Both the position numbers and the translations under genes were made by a program. Below the pieces are notes generated by a model. That model saw only the letters and a list, made by a program, of their open reading frames with translations. It made no database searches and was not told the DNA's origin. Below are positions 19,666 to 20,000 of a stretch of 20,000 nt of DNA, piece by piece. The stretch is from NCBI RefSeq assembly GCF_004010195.1, contig NC_057718.1:7952711-7972710 (forward strand), read 5' to 3'. Source of the DNA: Chiloscyllium plagiosum. Lineage: Eukaryota. Positions within the stretch are counted from its first letter, which is position 1. Every line of letters starts with the position of its first letter.

Positions 19666-20000
19666 ATTTAAAAGGCTCTTTTTCGGATTGGCAGCCGGTG
19701 ACAAGCGGTGTCCCACAGGGTTCAGTGTTGGGGCCGCAGCTGTTCACATTATATATTAATGATCTGGATGAAGGGACTGGGGGCATTCTAGCGAAGTTTG
19801 CCAATGATACAAAGTTAGGTGGACAGGCAGGTAGTACTGAGGAAGTGGGGAGGCTGCAGAAGGATCGAGACAGTTTGGAAGAGTGGTCCAGGAAATGGCA
19901 TTTTCAATGTGAGCAAATGCGAGGTCTTGCACTTTGGAAAAAAGAATACAAGCATGGACTACTTTCTAAACGGTGAGAAAATTCGTAAAGCCAAAGTACA
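19666..20000 (+). mobile_element. CR1 LINE RT fragment, 5'-truncated, running off the window end
   Basis: KGSFSDWQPVTSGVPQGSVLGPQLFTLYINDLDEG...AKFANDTKLGG. The catalytic FADD is changed to FAND, with a frameshift near 19900. Confidence 0.95.

Noticed and set aside
18791..19976. Repetitive Ser/Thr/Pro/Gln ORFs (195, 102 and 147 aa) and an apparent repeat-RT fusion protein
   Set aside because: The 16-bp unit has no stop codon on +, so the ORFs are by-products. The RT part has FAND instead of FADD and is frameshifted.

Overview
Repeat-dense vertebrate DNA, most likely from a cartilaginous fish (shark, probably an orectolobiform such as a bamboo shark), judged from my recall of its repeat families. 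Most of the window is decayed, nested retroelements: CR1/HER1-type LINEs on both strands, three HE1-type V-SINEs, Deu-domain SINE remnants, other tRNA-derived SINEs, many Penelope-like (PLE) fragments with dead hammerhead cores, a short Tx1/L1-type insert, a Rex/Babar-like non-autonomous element, a TA-flanked MITE and a 16-bp minisatellite. No intact protein-coding gene, RNA gene or CRISPR array is supported; the ORF-track entries are LINE debris or chance ORFs. A few unique stretches hold weak exon candidates that I cannot assign to a gene. I see no convincing new biological system. The most interesting points are the internal structures of several small TSD-bounded insertions. Family names come from memory of consensus sequences, not a database search.
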